From NCBI GenBank assembly GCA_018385425.1, contig JAHBAA010000141.1:19576-83575 (forward strand): a DNA stretch of 64,000 nt, in the 5' to 3' direction. The position numbers and the translations under genes were made by a program. The notes beneath the pieces are model-generated. The model saw only the letters and a program-made list of their open reading frames with translations. It did no database searches and was not told the DNA's origin. Within the stretch, counting starts at the first letter, position 1, and the number at the start of each line of letters is the position of its first letter. Below are positions 18,069 through 28,214 of this stretch, piece after piece. This DNA is from Acetatifactor sp. GTDB lineage: Bacteria > Bacillota > Clostridia > Lachnospirales > Lachnospiraceae.

Positions 18069-19403
18069 ATGAAATACAGCAAAACGCATCCCCTGATCGC
18101 AGGCACCCTGGTGCTGACAGGGACCGGACTGCTATCCAGATTGATCGGCTTCTTCTACCGCATCTATCTGGCGAGACTGTTCGGCGAGGAAGGAATGGGG
18201 CTCTATCAGCTCATCGGACCGGTACTGTCCGTCTCCTTCGCATTGACTGCTGCCGGTTTCCAGACCACGATCTCCCGACTGATCGCCGGACGGACCTGCG
18301 ACGAGAAACTGCATCCCCTCTTCCTGGGTCTGTTCCTGTCCCTGCCCATTTCCTTTCTCTTCTCCGCAGTTGTCTTCCTACAGGCGGATACCATATCCAT
18401 CTGCTTTCTCTCTCAGGAAAAATGTGCCCGCATGCTTCGCATTCTGGCCTTTTCCATCCCTCTGAGTTCCCTGCACTCCTGCGTGAACGGCTATTTTTAC
18501 GGCAGGAAAGAAACGGCAGTACCTGCCTTCTCTCAACTGCTGGAGCAGTTCACCAGGGTGGGCTGCGTCTGGCTCCTAACCTCCGGCATTGTCGGAAGAG
18601 GCGGTGTTCCCGATATCTCCCTGGCAGTGTTTGGACTTGCGCTGGGGGAACTTGCCTCGTCTGCCTTCAGCGTCATCGCACTGATTCTGTCTCGCAGAAA
18701 GACAGACCGATCGTTCAACTTGCAGCCTGTCTTTTCCAAAAAGCTGACAAGGGATTTCCTGTCCATGCTGCTGCCTTTGTCCGCCAACCGCCTGTCTCTG
18801 ACAGTGCTTTCAAGCATCGAAGCAGTGTCTATCCCAATAAAGCTCAGAGAATATGGTCTGGACGATTCCACAGTACTGAGTATCTATGGGGTGCTGACGG
18901 GTATGGCGCTGCCGCTGTTGTTTTTCCCCAATGCACTGACCGGCTCCCTGTCCGTCATGCTGCTGCCTGCCATCTCCGAAAGTCAGGCAAAACGGGATTA
19001 TGACCGGGTTCGCCAAAACACCTGCAGGACGATCTGCTTCTGCGGCGGATTGGGAATCCTGTGCATGCTTCTCTTCACCCTGTTCGGCAAATGGCTGGGA
19101 AGCTTTTTATTTAAAAGCGACCTGGCCGGATACTACCTGTCGATGTTGGGCTTCCTATGCCCTTTTCTCTATACCAATACCACTCTTTCAGGCATCCTCC
19201 AGGGATTGGGAAAAGCCGGCAGCCTGTTCGCCGTCAATCTGGCCGCCCTATTCCTGCGGCTGTCCTTTGTCCTTCTGGGGATTCCCGTTTTCGGAATTCG
19301 CGGGTATTTCTACGGGCTGCTGTTCAGTCACCTGCTGCAGACCATCGCACTGTCTTCCATCTGTTTTCGGACCATAAAGAAAGAGAGCCGGCTGACTTCT
19401 TAA
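18069..19403 (+). CDS. spoVB: SpoVB-like MOP-family flippase
   Basis: LSRLIGFFYRIYLARLFGEEGMGLYQL, about 12 TM helices, and SGILQGLGK; symbol inferred from family and sporulation context. Confidence 0.72.
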   Translation: MKYSKTHPLIAGTLVLTGTGLLSRLIGFFYRIYLARLFGEEGMGLYQLIGPVLSVSFALTAAGFQTTISRLIAGRTCDEKLHPLFLGLFLSLPISFLFSAVVFLQADTISICFLSQEKCARMLRILAFSIPLSSLHSCVNGYFYGRKETAVPAFSQLLEQFTRVGCVWLLTSGIVGRGGVPDISLAVFGLALGELASSAFSVIALILSRRKTDRSFNLQPVFSKKLTRDFLSMLLPLSANRLSLTVLSSIEAVSIPIKLREYGLDDSTVLSIYGVLTGMALPLLFFPNALTGSLSVMLLPAISESQAKRDYDRVRQNTCRTICFCGGLGILCMLLFTLFGKWLGSFLFKSDLAGYYLSMLGFLCPFLYTNTTLSGILQGLGKAGSLFAVNLAALFLRLSFVLLGIPVFGIRGYFYGLLFSHLLQTIALSSICFRTIKKESRLTS

Positions 19404-19418
19404 CCGGCTCTCTGCACA

Positions 19419-19868
19419 TCACTCTAATATCTTCTTTAATTCATCCACAAAGGTGTTGGCATCCTTGAACTGTCTGTAGACAGAGGCAAAACGAACGTAG
19501 GCAACAGCGTCCAGATCCTTCAGACGGTCCATCAAAAGCTCGCCGATCACCTGACTGGGAATCTCCCGCTCCTCTCCGTTCATGATCTCATTCTCCACGC
19601 TGTCCAACAGCTCCGCGATCTTATCTGCACTGACCGGACGTTTTCTGCAGGCCAACAGCACACCCTTCTCCATCTTCGTGCGGTCATAGAGTTCACGATT
19701 ATTATCTTTCTTAATGATGATCAGCGGAATGGTCTCCACCTTCTCGTAGGTGGTAAATCTCTTCCCGCATTCATCACAGACCCGCCTGCGACGGATGGAG
19801 TTGTTCTCCTCCGCAGGACGCGAATCAATGACTCTGGTGTTCTCATGGTTACAGAAAGGACATTTCAT
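19419..19868 (-). CDS. nrdR: Transcriptional repressor NrdR
   Basis: MKCPFC...VIDSR...RRRRVCDECGKRFTTYE and VAYVRFASVY. Confidence 0.98.
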   Translation of the reverse strand: MKCPFCNHENTRVIDSRPAEENNSIRRRRVCDECGKRFTTYEKVETIPLIIIKKDNNRELYDRTKMEKGVLLACRKRPVSADKIAELLDSVENEIMNGEEREIPSQVIGELLMDRLKDLDAVAYVRFASVYRQFKDANTFVDELKKILE

Positions 19869-19929
19869 GCTGCTACCTCCGTCCGCATCTTTGGCAAATC
19901 TTTCTGTGCTAAATCTACCATAATCAGCA

Positions 19930-20157
19930 CTAAATGTCAACCAGCACGATGTCCGGCCCGATCTGACAGATGTTTTTAAAGGGGATGGCGATCTGCGGTT
20001 CACAATTGAGAAAGCAGAGCAGCCTGCTGCTTCCGGGTACAAAGATCTTGCAGATACAGCCACTGCAAGGATCAAACTCTATGTCACAAACTCTGCCAAG
20101 CTTTTTGCAGTCCTTCACATTGATGACATCCTTACATTTTAAGTCAGAATAAAGCAT
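19930..20157 (-). CDS. ylmC: YlmC/YmxH family PRC-barrel sporulation protein
   Basis: LKCKDVINVKDCKKLGRVCDIEFD...IPFKNICQIGPDIVLV; upstream sigma-E-like TCTATT-14-CATAGTCT at 20186-20213. Confidence 0.9.
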   Translation of the reverse strand: MLYSDLKCKDVINVKDCKKLGRVCDIEFDPCSGCICKIFVPGSSRLLCFLNCEPQIAIPFKNICQIGPDIVLVDI

Positions 20158-20226
20158 CTTTGATCTCCTGCTGTTTTCTTGCCAAAGACTATGCAAAAAG
20201 ATGAAGGAATAGAACACAGACAGCCC

Positions 20227-20255
20227 GTATATTTTCCTTTTCACAGAACATACTA
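20227..20255 (+). promoter_or_regulatory. sigma-G/F type promoter of sigG
   Basis: GTATA-17 nt-CATACTA, matching the GHATA-N17/18-CATACTA forespore consensus. Confidence 0.65.
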
Positions 20256-20296
20256 CCACTAAACAAGTTTGGTTGATGCAGAAAGGGAACAGTCAC

Positions 20297-21070
20297 ATGC
20301 AAGGAAAAGTAGAGATCTGCGGTGTAAACACTTCAAAGCTTCCTCTGTTGACCGCAGAGGAAAAGGAACAGCTGTTTTGCAGGATCAAAGACGGGGATGT
20401 AAAGGCAAGAGAGACTTACATTGAAGGGAATCTGAGACTGGTCTTGAGTGTCATCAAGCGTTTCTCCTCCAGCAACGAGAACGTGGATGATCTGTTTCAG
20501 ATCGGATGCGTGGGGCTGATCAAGGCGATCGATAACTTCGACTCCAGTCTGAATGTCAAATTCTCCACCTATGCCGTCCCCATGATCATCGGTGAGATCA
20601 GACGGTTTCTCAGAGACAGCAGTTCTCTCCGGGTATCCCGCTCCCTAAAGGATACTGCCTACAAGGCGTTAAGCACCCGGGAGGCACTGACGAAAAAGAA
20701 TGCCAAGGAACCTACCCTGGAGGAGATCGCCTCGGAGATCGGTATTGCAAAAGAAGATATCGCTTACGCCATGGATGCCATCCAAAGCCCCATGAGCCTC
20801 TACGAACCGGTCTTTACCGACGGCGGCGATACCCTCTATGTGATGGACCAGATCAGTGACAAGAAAAACAAGGAGGAGACCTGGCTGGAACACATCTCCC
20901 TTACGGAAGCCTTGGAGAAGCTTGGAGATCGGGAACGGGAAGTCATCACTCTCCGCTTTTTTGAAGGCAAGACCCAGATGGAGGTGGCGGCCATCATCGG
21001 TATCTCTCAGGCCCAGGTGTCCAGATTGGAAAAGAATGCCCTGAGGGCCATGAGAATTCATCTTGCATAG
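20297..21070 (+). CDS. sigG: Sporulation sigma factor SigG
   Basis: KVEICGVNTSKLPLL, GNLRLVLSVIKRF, FSTYAVPMIIGEIRRFLRD and QAQVSRLEK. Confidence 0.97.
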   Translation: MQGKVEICGVNTSKLPLLTAEEKEQLFCRIKDGDVKARETYIEGNLRLVLSVIKRFSSSNENVDDLFQIGCVGLIKAIDNFDSSLNVKFSTYAVPMIIGEIRRFLRDSSSLRVSRSLKDTAYKALSTREALTKKNAKEPTLEEIASEIGIAKEDIAYAMDAIQSPMSLYEPVFTDGGDTLYVMDQISDKKNKEETWLEHISLTEALEKLGDREREVITLRFFEGKTQMEVAAIIGISQAQVSRLEKNALRAMRIHLA

Positions 21071-21087
21071 GCATGTACCGATTGTGA

Positions 21088-21621
21088 TCACATTCTGTGC
21101 AGGAGTCTGTAACTTCCGAAAAGCACGCGGTACAGCACTGCACCGAGAAAGGCGCCCAGCATATTGGTAATGATGTCATCCAGCTGAAAAAAGCCCCTGG
21201 CAGTGATAAGCTGCAGCGTTTCGATGGTCAGGCTGAAAAGCCCTCCCCAAAATGTGGTCGCAAGGATCCTTTTCTTCTGTGAATTCCAAGCTCCAAACAG
21301 CCCAAACGGAATGAACAAAAGAATATTCTCCACCGCGTACGCATTGTTTCGTCTGTTGATCTTCAGCGTGGAAAAAAGAACCAGATCTATCGGTTTGTCC
21401 GCACTGCCGCTCTCTCTGGACAGCAGGGTAAGTACCAGTATAAAGGCAAAATAGACCCAAAACAGTAAAAAGGGCAGCGTAGGAAGCGGTTCCTTACCTG
21501 AATTCCTACGCCGCCTGTTCCTCAGGCATAAAAGCAGGAGGGCTATCGGAAGTCCCAATGCCAGCCCGCCCGGAAGAAAATGTGCTTTCGCAGCAATATC
21601 TCTATATAGATAGTAAAACAT
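21088..21621 (-). CDS. VanZ-family membrane protein
   Basis: ENILLFIPFG, SLTIETLQ and FQLDDIITNMLG; several TM helices. Confidence 0.85.
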   Translation of the reverse strand: MFYYLYRDIAAKAHFLPGGLALGLPIALLLLCLRNRRRRNSGKEPLPTLPFLLFWVYFAFILVLTLLSRESGSADKPIDLVLFSTLKINRRNNAYAVENILLFIPFGLFGAWNSQKKRILATTFWGGLFSLTIETLQLITARGFFQLDDIITNMLGAFLGAVLYRVLFGSYRLLHRM

Positions 21622-21631
21622 AATAGCTCCT

Positions 21632-21967
21632 CTATCGGTAACTGTCCCATCGGCCGGCCGCCTGGTCAAAACGATCCTTTTCGGCAAACAGTCTGTCGTT
21701 CATCCATGCAATGGCATCCGAAACACCATCCTCATCGAAGGAAAAATCCGCACCGGTCTTCTCACTGTCGGGAGTTGTGATAAAATTAAAGGGTTCCGGC
21801 CAAACGGTACAATGAAGGAAAGTCTTGACGATCTGCTTACCGTCTTCATCCTCTTCGTCCGTTGCTTTCTGCACCTTCTCCAGCCGATACCTCATCCCCT
21901 GGTGACAACCGGTAAACTCCGTCTTCTTCAAATATTCCATTGACAAGATATCTTCACGCTGAATCAT
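21632..21967 (-). CDS. Conserved-looking hypothetical protein (111 aa)
   Basis: Good RBS; FTGCHQGMRYRLEK...TVWPEPFNF; preceded by a sigma-A promoter. Confidence 0.7.
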   Translation of the reverse strand: MIQREDILSMEYLKKTEFTGCHQGMRYRLEKVQKATDEEDEDGKQIVKTFLHCTVWPEPFNFITTPDSEKTGADFSFDEDGVSDAIAWMNDRLFAEKDRFDQAAGRWDSYR

Positions 21968-21993
21968 ACTGCATCCACCTTTCTCTTCCTATC

Positions 21994-22022
21994 AGTATAT
22001 ACTATCTTCTCTCCCTTTGCAA
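21994..22022 (-). promoter_or_regulatory. sigma-A type promoter for hypothetical-vanZ
   Basis: Minus strand TTGCAA-17 nt-TATACT, immediately after the sigE stop. Confidence 0.6.
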
Positions 22023-22024
22023 AC

Positions 22025-22759
22025 CTAAACTTGTAAACTCATCTCTTTTTTCAGCTGTCTCATGATCTTTTTCTCCAGTCTTGAAATGTAGGATTGGGAG
22101 ATTCCCAACAGGTCTGCGACCTCCTTCTGGGTCATCTCTTTGCCGTCCTCTCTGTCCAGACCGAAGCGCAGATTGATGATGGCTCGTTCCCGCTTGGAAA
22201 GCTTGGAAATGGCATGAAAGAGGACCTTTCTCTCAGCCTCGCTCTCCAGATCCCGGTAAATAACATCCTCGTCCGTTCCCAGAATATCCGACAGCAGCAG
22301 TTCGTTCCCATCCCAATCAACATTCAGCGGTTCATCCAGAGAAACCTCCTGTCTGACTCTGCTGTTTCTGCGAAGATACATCAGAATCTCATTTTCAATA
22401 CATCTGGAGGCATAGGTTGCCAGCTTAATGTTCTTATCCGACTTAAAGGTATTGATCGCCTTGATCAGACCGATGGTTCCGATGGAGATCAGATCCTCCA
22501 CCCCCACTCCGGTATTGTCAAACTTCTTCGCAATGTAGACGACTAACCTCAGATTATGTTCAATCAGAATGGATTTCGCCTCCCCATCCGACTCTGTCCC
22601 AAGCATCCCGATCACCTCATTCTCCCGATCTGCCTGCAGCGGAGGGGGCAGGATGTCTGACCCACCGATATAGTGTATTTCTCCTTTCTTCAACAGGATC
22701 CTCTCTTTTGTCAACAGCCGGATAGCAATCAGTCGCGGCACTCTCATCCTGGCAATCAT
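22025..22759 (-). CDS. sigE: Sporulation sigma factor pro-SigE
   Basis: [52 protein letters not shown] and [10 protein letters not shown]; N-terminal pro-peptide present. Confidence 0.98.
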   Translation of the reverse strand: MIARMRVPRLIAIRLLTKERILLKKGEIHYIGGSDILPPPLQADRENEVIGMLGTESDGEAKSILIEHNLRLVVYIAKKFDNTGVGVEDLISIGTIGLIKAINTFKSDKNIKLATYASRCIENEILMYLRRNSRVRQEVSLDEPLNVDWDGNELLLSDILGTDEDVIYRDLESEAERKVLFHAISKLSKRERAIINLRFGLDREDGKEMTQKEVADLLGISQSYISRLEKKIMRQLKKEMSLQV

Positions 22760-22763
22760 CCTA

Positions 22764-23588
22764 TTACCCCTTCCTTTCTCTTTTTCCAAATAACCCCGGA
22801 TGCAGAATCACTCCCGGGATCTCCTTGTCACCCCCCGCACCAAAAGGGAGCATTTCGCCATCCGCAAAATAGGCCCTTTCAATCGGATAGATGTTTCCGT
22901 CCAGTTCAATCTGCATCTGTCCCACTGCATATGCCCTCAACCAGCCTTTCCCCCCGACACTGCGGTAGGGCACCACACGAAAAAGACCGGATCCTTCTCC
23001 AAGGATCTCCCGTATCACCTGCGAAGAAGCAATACATACCGGCTTTCCGCTGATCGGTTCATAGAGGTGATTTCCGCTGTCTACAAATGCCGGAAAGCTC
23101 TTCTTCTCTGTTCCCACCCTCACTGTCACAGTGCCGGTACAACACCTCTCGTTGAAGCTGTCCTTCGTCAGGGTATTTTGATACAGAAGATACAATAGCA
23201 GCCCCAATCCGCCAAAAAACAGCACTCCTTCTGTCCTTCCGTGAAAAAAAGGCACCTGTCCGGTCAGAAACAGCAGGCCTCCGCCCAGGAAAAAGGTGAT
23301 TGCAATCGCCCTTCCCCATAATTTCAGGCGATGCCGAACAAGCTTTACGGGAAATGCAATGTGAAGCATCATAAAGGTCCCAACTGCCGCCCCAATCCCA
23401 AACCGAAACACTCCTCCCGCGGGGATCAGAAAAAGCAGGAGAAATCCGATCGCTCCCAGGGCCGCTCCCAGAATCATACGCCCTCCCCCGGACACTCCCA
23501 TGAAAGAACGATTCAGCAGGAGGAGGATATAGAGGTTCATCATAAAATTGATCAGAAACAGACTGTCCAGATATACTTCGAACTGCAT
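22764..23588 (-). CDS. spoIIGA: Pro-sigma-E processing peptidase
   Basis: [31 protein letters not shown] and VPYRSVGG; directly upstream of sigE. Confidence 0.92.
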   Translation of the reverse strand: MQFEVYLDSLFLINFMMNLYILLLLNRSFMGVSGGGRMILGAALGAIGFLLLFLIPAGGVFRFGIGAAVGTFMMLHIAFPVKLVRHRLKLWGRAIAITFFLGGGLLFLTGQVPFFHGRTEGVLFFGGLGLLLYLLYQNTLTKDSFNERCCTGTVTVRVGTEKKSFPAFVDSGNHLYEPISGKPVCIASSQVIREILGEGSGLFRVVPYRSVGGKGWLRAYAVGQMQIELDGNIYPIERAYFADGEMLPFGAGGDKEIPGVILHPGLFGKRERKG

Positions 23589-23610
23589 GACCATCACCTT
23601 CACACGCTTC

Positions 23611-23676
23611 ATTATAATTCTCAAGGTGATCAAAATATGTCAAAATCAGAAGACAAACCACCCATTCTTTTCGACG
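23611..23676 (-). promoter_or_regulatory. Spo0A-dependent long-spacer promoter of spoIIGA-sigE
   Basis: TTGACA-21 nt-TATAAT on the minus strand plus a 0A-box-like CGTCGAA at 23670-23676; same long-spacer design as the B. subtilis spoIIG promoter. Confidence 0.65.
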
Positions 23677-23698
23677 GTTTCCTCTCATGCGGCGACAG

Positions 23699-23731
23699 AA
23701 AAAAGCCTATCGGAATCAACCGATAGGCTTT
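23699..23731 (-). terminator. Intrinsic terminator after ftsZ
   Basis: AAGCCTATCGG / CCGATAGGCTT stem followed by a T run. Confidence 0.85.
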
Positions 23732-23754
23732 CAATGATTCATATATTGCCCGTC

Positions 23755-24888
23755 TTACTTTCTGGTAAGAAAATCAGGAATCTTCAGAGATTTCTCCTCA
23801 ACAGAGCTGCGAATGTCCACAGGCTTCTGAATGGGTCTCACAGGGGGAACGGAAGCTCCGGGAGTGATTGGGGAAACACCCTTCACGCCGCTCTTAAATC
23901 CGGTCGTCAAAGGCTTCGCAACGGTATTGTTGTTGTCCTCAATACCTGTCGCAATGACCGTAACGGTACAGCTGTCGCTCATGGTCTCATCATACATTGC
24001 ACCGAAGATGATGTTCACATCATCGCCGGTCAGATTCTGTACATATCCTGCAGCATCGCTGGCATCAGCCAGAGTGATGTCGCCGGAGATATTGACGATG
24101 ACATCGGAAGCCCCGGTAATGGTGGTCTCCAAAAGAGGACTCTCCACTGCCATCTTCACAGCCTCAAGAGCCTTGTCATCTCCCTTTCCTTCACCGATAC
24201 CGATGTGTGCGATACCCTTGTCCTTCATAACCGTCTGAACATCGGCAAAGTCCAGGTTAATAATTGCGGGAAGATTGATCAGGTCGGTGATTCCCTGAAC
24301 AGCCTGCTGAAGTACTTCATCCGCCTTCTTAAGAGCCTCGGGCATGGTAGTACGTCTGTCTACGATCTCCAAAAGCTTATCATTGGGAATCACGATCAGT
24401 GTATCCACGTTCTGCTTGATACGCTCGATTCCGCTCAAGGCATTGGTCATACGGGTCTTCGCTTCAAAACGGAAGGGCTTGGTTACAACGCCGACCGTCA
24501 GAATTCCCATCTCTTTTGCCAGTCTGGCAACGACAGGTGCTGCTCCGGTACCGGTACCGCCGCCCATACCACAGGTTACAAATACCATATCTGCACCACT
24601 GATTGCCTCAGCGATCTGATCAGCACTCTCCTCTGCAGCCTTCTCACCAACCTCAGGTCTGGCACCGGCGCCAAGTCCCTTGGTCAGCTTCTCACCGATC
24701 TGGAGCAGTCTGGGCGCCTTACAGCGCACCAGAGCCTGATTATCGGTGTTCACTCCGATAAACTCAACTCCGTCAATCTGTTCTTCAACCATTCTATTCA
24801 CAGCATTATTTCCTGCACCGCCAACACCAACAACAATAATCTTAGCAGCTGCTTCTGCTTCATTTGTCTTAATCTCCAGCAAGGCCAT
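23755..24888 (-). CDS. ftsZ: Cell division protein FtsZ
   Basis: [31 protein letters not shown]-like IINLDFADV, and C-terminal LKIPDFL. Confidence 0.99.
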   Translation of the reverse strand: MALLEIKTNEAEAAAKIIVVGVGGAGNNAVNRMVEEQIDGVEFIGVNTDNQALVRCKAPRLLQIGEKLTKGLGAGARPEVGEKAAEESADQIAEAISGADMVFVTCGMGGGTGTGAAPVVARLAKEMGILTVGVVTKPFRFEAKTRMTNALSGIERIKQNVDTLIVIPNDKLLEIVDRRTTMPEALKKADEVLQQAVQGITDLINLPAIINLDFADVQTVMKDKGIAHIGIGEGKGDDKALEAVKMAVESPLLETTITGASDVIVNISGDITLADASDAAGYVQNLTGDDVNIIFGAMYDETMSDSCTVTVIATGIEDNNNTVAKPLTTGFKSGVKGVSPITPGASVPPVRPIQKPVDIRSSVEEKSLKIPDFLTRK

Positions 24889-24987
24889 ATCCTCCTTCAA
24901 CATTCAAAAATTCCATACGTTTTTATCATATATTCTTTTTATCATTTTCGCAACCATTTTCTCAAAAACTTTGCAAAATTTGTGATT

Positions 24988-25710
24988 TTACTCCGGCTTA
25001 AATATATAGTCCCCCCTGTCATTGTATTCCTTCATCTGAAGAACACCCTTCTGTCCCTCCAGATTCGGTAGTAATTCCGGCAGCAACATCATTTTTTTCT
25101 CCAGGGTACTCACGTCATTCCCCAGATCCACCCGAAAATCGTTGCGATATAAACTGATCTCCTGAGACTCGCCAAACAGAATCTTGTCCATCTCAATATT
25201 ATACTGCTGCAGCATCTTGGTCACCGTCAGAATGCTTCGGAAAATATCGGGATCCTCCACGGGAAGCGGTTTGCCCAGCACCACACTGTCAAAGGAAAGA
25301 CCCAACACCTGCGGAATTCCCGCCGTTTTCACACCGGAGCTCTCCACTGCGTATCCATCCTTGTCAAAGTAGATAAAGGTGTCCATGCATTTCACATACC
25401 CGGTCAGTTTCTTTTCCTTCACATGGATCCTGATGACATGGGGTTCTGCGATCTCCACCTCCATGACATCCACAAAAGGAACTCCCTTGATATCCCGGTT
25501 GCGATATTTCCAGGATAAATACAGGGAATTATCGCCGAAATGTCCGCTCATGACGATATTCTTGATCTCCTCCGCCGTATAATGCACATTGCCGTCCACC
25601 TGGACATCCTCCACGTGATACGCACGATCTATGTACGCTGCAGCGCCAAACACCGCAGCGAGAATCATGAAAAGTATGATTCCACGAATCAGCCATTTTT
25701 TCTTAAGCAC
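24988..25710 (-). CDS. ftsQ: FtsQ/DivIB-like division protein
   Basis: N-terminal TM, POTRA-like VQVDGNVHYTAEEI; position before ftsZ. Confidence 0.8.
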   Translation of the reverse strand: MLKKKWLIRGIILFMILAAVFGAAAYIDRAYHVEDVQVDGNVHYTAEEIKNIVMSGHFGDNSLYLSWKYRNRDIKGVPFVDVMEVEIAEPHVIRIHVKEKKLTGYVKCMDTFIYFDKDGYAVESSGVKTAGIPQVLGLSFDSVVLGKPLPVEDPDIFRSILTVTKMLQQYNIEMDKILFGESQEISLYRNDFRVDLGNDVSTLEKKMMLLPELLPNLEGQKGVLQMKEYNDRGDYIFKPE

Positions 25711-26962
25711 CTGTAATTCGCACTCCTAACTCCCGATAATCCGCACAGATTCTCTCATATCCGCGCTCGATAAATTCACATCCGCCTACCACAGTCTCGC
25801 CTCTCGCCAGAACTCCGGCACCTACCAGAGCGGCACCTCCCCTTAATTCCCTGGCCCTCACCGGTGTACCCGTGAGACGATCCGTTCCTCTCACCAAAAC
25901 CGTCTTTTCATCCAACAGCCGGATATCGGCACCCATCCTTTGAAGTTCCTCTGATACCTGAAAACGATTCTCAAAGATCTGCTCCCGAATCCTTGTCTCC
26001 CCTTCTGCCACTGCTGCCGTCACCAGAACCATTGACTGAAGATCTGTCGGAAATCCGGGGTATACATCTGTAAAAAGCGTACCGATTGCCTTGGGTCTGT
26101 CCGGTCCCTGCACATATAGTCCACGGTGATTTGTGCAGATCTTTGCACCGAATGCCTTTCCTACAGCCAGGACATTCTCCATCTCCTGCCAGGGTGCATC
26201 CTCCAGAAAAATCTGGCCGCCTGCACCAATACATGCGAAGAAATAAGTTCCGGCCACAATTCTGTCTGCCGGAATCGCATAATCCGTTCCAAACAATCTG
26301 TGACCGCCCTCCACGTGCAGGCAGTCCGTACCGATTCCCTCGATCTTCGCACCGCAGTCTGAAAGGAAATGGCACAGTGCAGTCACCTCCGGTTCTCTGG
26401 CAGCTCCGATCAGGGTGGTATCTCCCTCCGCTGCCACGGCAGCCAGAATCACATTCTCCGTGGCCCCCACACTGGGAAAGGGCAGAACAAGTCTCGCCCC
26501 GCGCAGATGTTTGGCACAGGCATGCAGCACTCCCTCTTCCTCCGAGAAGACCACTCCCATCTCCCCCAGCATTTTCAGATGGAGATCGATGGGTCTGGCT
26601 CCGATGACGCATCCACCGGGATAGTCCAGAACCGCTCTGCCGAAACGTCCGATCATCGCTCCCAGAAGACAGAGAGACGAACGCATTCCCGTCACCTCGA
26701 CGGAACAGAATCTGTCACCGCAAAATAAAGCCCCGGTGCTGTCCACCATTACAGCGTCCTTTGTGCGGAAGACACTGCAGCCAAGACTCTGAAGCAGAGA
26801 AAACATGGACTGCACGTCCCGAATTCTCGGACATCGATACAGACCGGTTGTTCCCTCTGTCAGCAGACAGGCTGCCAGAATCGGAAGAGAGGCATTCTTT
26901 GACCCTTGTATTTTACATTTTCCCTGCAGTGGTATATTTCCTACTACATGAATCCTATCCAT
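25703..26962 (-). CDS. murA: UDP-N-acetylglucosamine 1-carboxyvinyltransferase
   Basis: GSKNASLPILAA, PGGCVIGARPIDLH (catalytic Cys kept), SVGATEN, PGFPTDLQS and ERGYE. Confidence 0.93.
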   Translation of the reverse strand: MDRIHVVGNIPLQGKCKIQGSKNASLPILAACLLTEGTTGLYRCPRIRDVQSMFSLLQSLGCSVFRTKDAVMVDSTGALFCGDRFCSVEVTGMRSSLCLLGAMIGRFGRAVLDYPGGCVIGARPIDLHLKMLGEMGVVFSEEEGVLHACAKHLRGARLVLPFPSVGATENVILAAVAAEGDTTLIGAAREPEVTALCHFLSDCGAKIEGIGTDCLHVEGGHRLFGTDYAIPADRIVAGTYFFACIGAGGQIFLEDAPWQEMENVLAVGKAFGAKICTNHRGLYVQGPDRPKAIGTLFTDVYPGFPTDLQSMVLVTAAVAEGETRIREQIFENRFQVSEELQRMGADIRLLDEKTVLVRGTDRLTGTPVRARELRGGAALVGAGVLARGETVVGGCEFIERGYERICADYRELGVRITGA

Positions 26963-26991
26963 AGACGCCCATGAAACATATTTAGTATATC

Positions 26992-28209
26992 TTATGTATT
27001 GGGCATTGTCCTGTTTCCGTCATCATATTCTTTTGTTCTTCTCTCTATTTCATCACGGTTCTTCTCCTTGGTCTCACAGTTCACGCTGAGGACGATTCCG
27101 ATCTCGATCAGAAGACAGAGCACGGAGGAGCCTCCATAACTGATAAAAGGGAGGGATACTCCCGTATTCGGCACGGAATTGGTCACGACCGCAATGTTCA
27201 GGATCACCTGCAATGCGATATGCGCCAGCACGCCGCAGGCCAGCATGGACGAAAACAGTGATTTTGCACGCATCGCGATCAATGCGATGCGCCAGATCAA
27301 TACCGCAAATACAAACATGATCGTAAATGCTCCGAACAATCCCCACTCCTCACAGATGATGGAGAAGATCATATCATTCTGTGCCTCCGGAAGATAGTTC
27401 AGCTTCTGCATACTCTGACCAAGACCCTTTCCTCCGATGCCGCCGCTTCCGATGGCATAGAGCGCCTGCTTCGTCTGATATCCGGTCTCCTGTCCGTATT
27501 CCTCCGGATTCAGCCAGGCAGTGATACGGCTTCCGCGGAATCCGGCCCAGTCGGTGAACAGACTGATCAGAATAAAGACGGCAGCCAACCCCACCGCAAT
27601 TCCGGCGATGATCAGATAGTCCTTGTAGCAGGGGCTGGCCAGGAAGAACATCAGACCCACAATACCGCATAGAATAATGGTCGTACTCATATTTTTCGTA
27701 AACAGAATGATCTCTAAAGCGAGGGGCCCGGCCAGAATCCCACATGCGATCATGACCTTCCAGATATTTCGGATCTCATTTCCCATCCAGCAGATCATCA
27801 GTGCCGTCGTGATGATCACCGCAATCTTGGCGATCTCTGCAGGCTGAATATTGAACGGAATGCCCGGAAAATGGATCCATCTTCTTGCGCCGTGAGACTC
27901 CACTCCCAGAGATGTTTTCACAAGTGCCAGAAAAATAACTGCTACTCCATAGATCAGCCACCAGAGCTTCTTTAAGATGGTATGACCGACGAACACTGTG
28001 CCGAGCATCAGAACAATTCCTCCGCCTACGGCGATAGCCTGCTTGATCAAAAGGCTGGTGGAATTGGAATAGGAGCTGGCGGAATAGATCATGACCAGTC
28101 CGAAGACATTCAGAAAAAAGACGGTGATCAATACCAGAACGTCCATATTTTTGAAGCGTGACCATCTGCTCACGGGTTTCGCTTTAACCTTTTTTGCCAT
28201 CTGAAACAT
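26992..28209 (-). CDS. ftsW: SEDS family protein FtsW/SpoVE
   Basis: GARRWI, IQPAEIAK, LPEAQNDMIFSIICEEWG and LPFISYGGSS. Confidence 0.92.
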   Translation of the reverse strand: MFQMAKKVKAKPVSRWSRFKNMDVLVLITVFFLNVFGLVMIYSASSYSNSTSLLIKQAIAVGGGIVLMLGTVFVGHTILKKLWWLIYGVAVIFLALVKTSLGVESHGARRWIHFPGIPFNIQPAEIAKIAVIITTALMICWMGNEIRNIWKVMIACGILAGPLALEIILFTKNMSTTIILCGIVGLMFFLASPCYKDYLIIAGIAVGLAAVFILISLFTDWAGFRGSRITAWLNPEEYGQETGYQTKQALYAIGSGGIGGKGLGQSMQKLNYLPEAQNDMIFSIICEEWGLFGAFTIMFVFAVLIWRIALIAMRAKSLFSSMLACGVLAHIALQVILNIAVVTNSVPNTGVSLPFISYGGSSVLCLLIEIGIVLSVNCETKEKNRDEIERRTKEYDDGNRTMPNT

Positions 28210-28214
28210 CCTTC

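Noticed and set aside
20158-21087. Recombinase-driven invertible switch around sigG
   Set aside because: No inverted repeats longer than a trivial 6 bp flank sigG and no recombinase is nearby; treated as a fixed rearrangement.
25703-26962. murA variant as a fosfomycin-resistance allele
   Set aside because: The catalytic Cys in PGGCVIGARP is retained; no Cys-to-Asp substitution.
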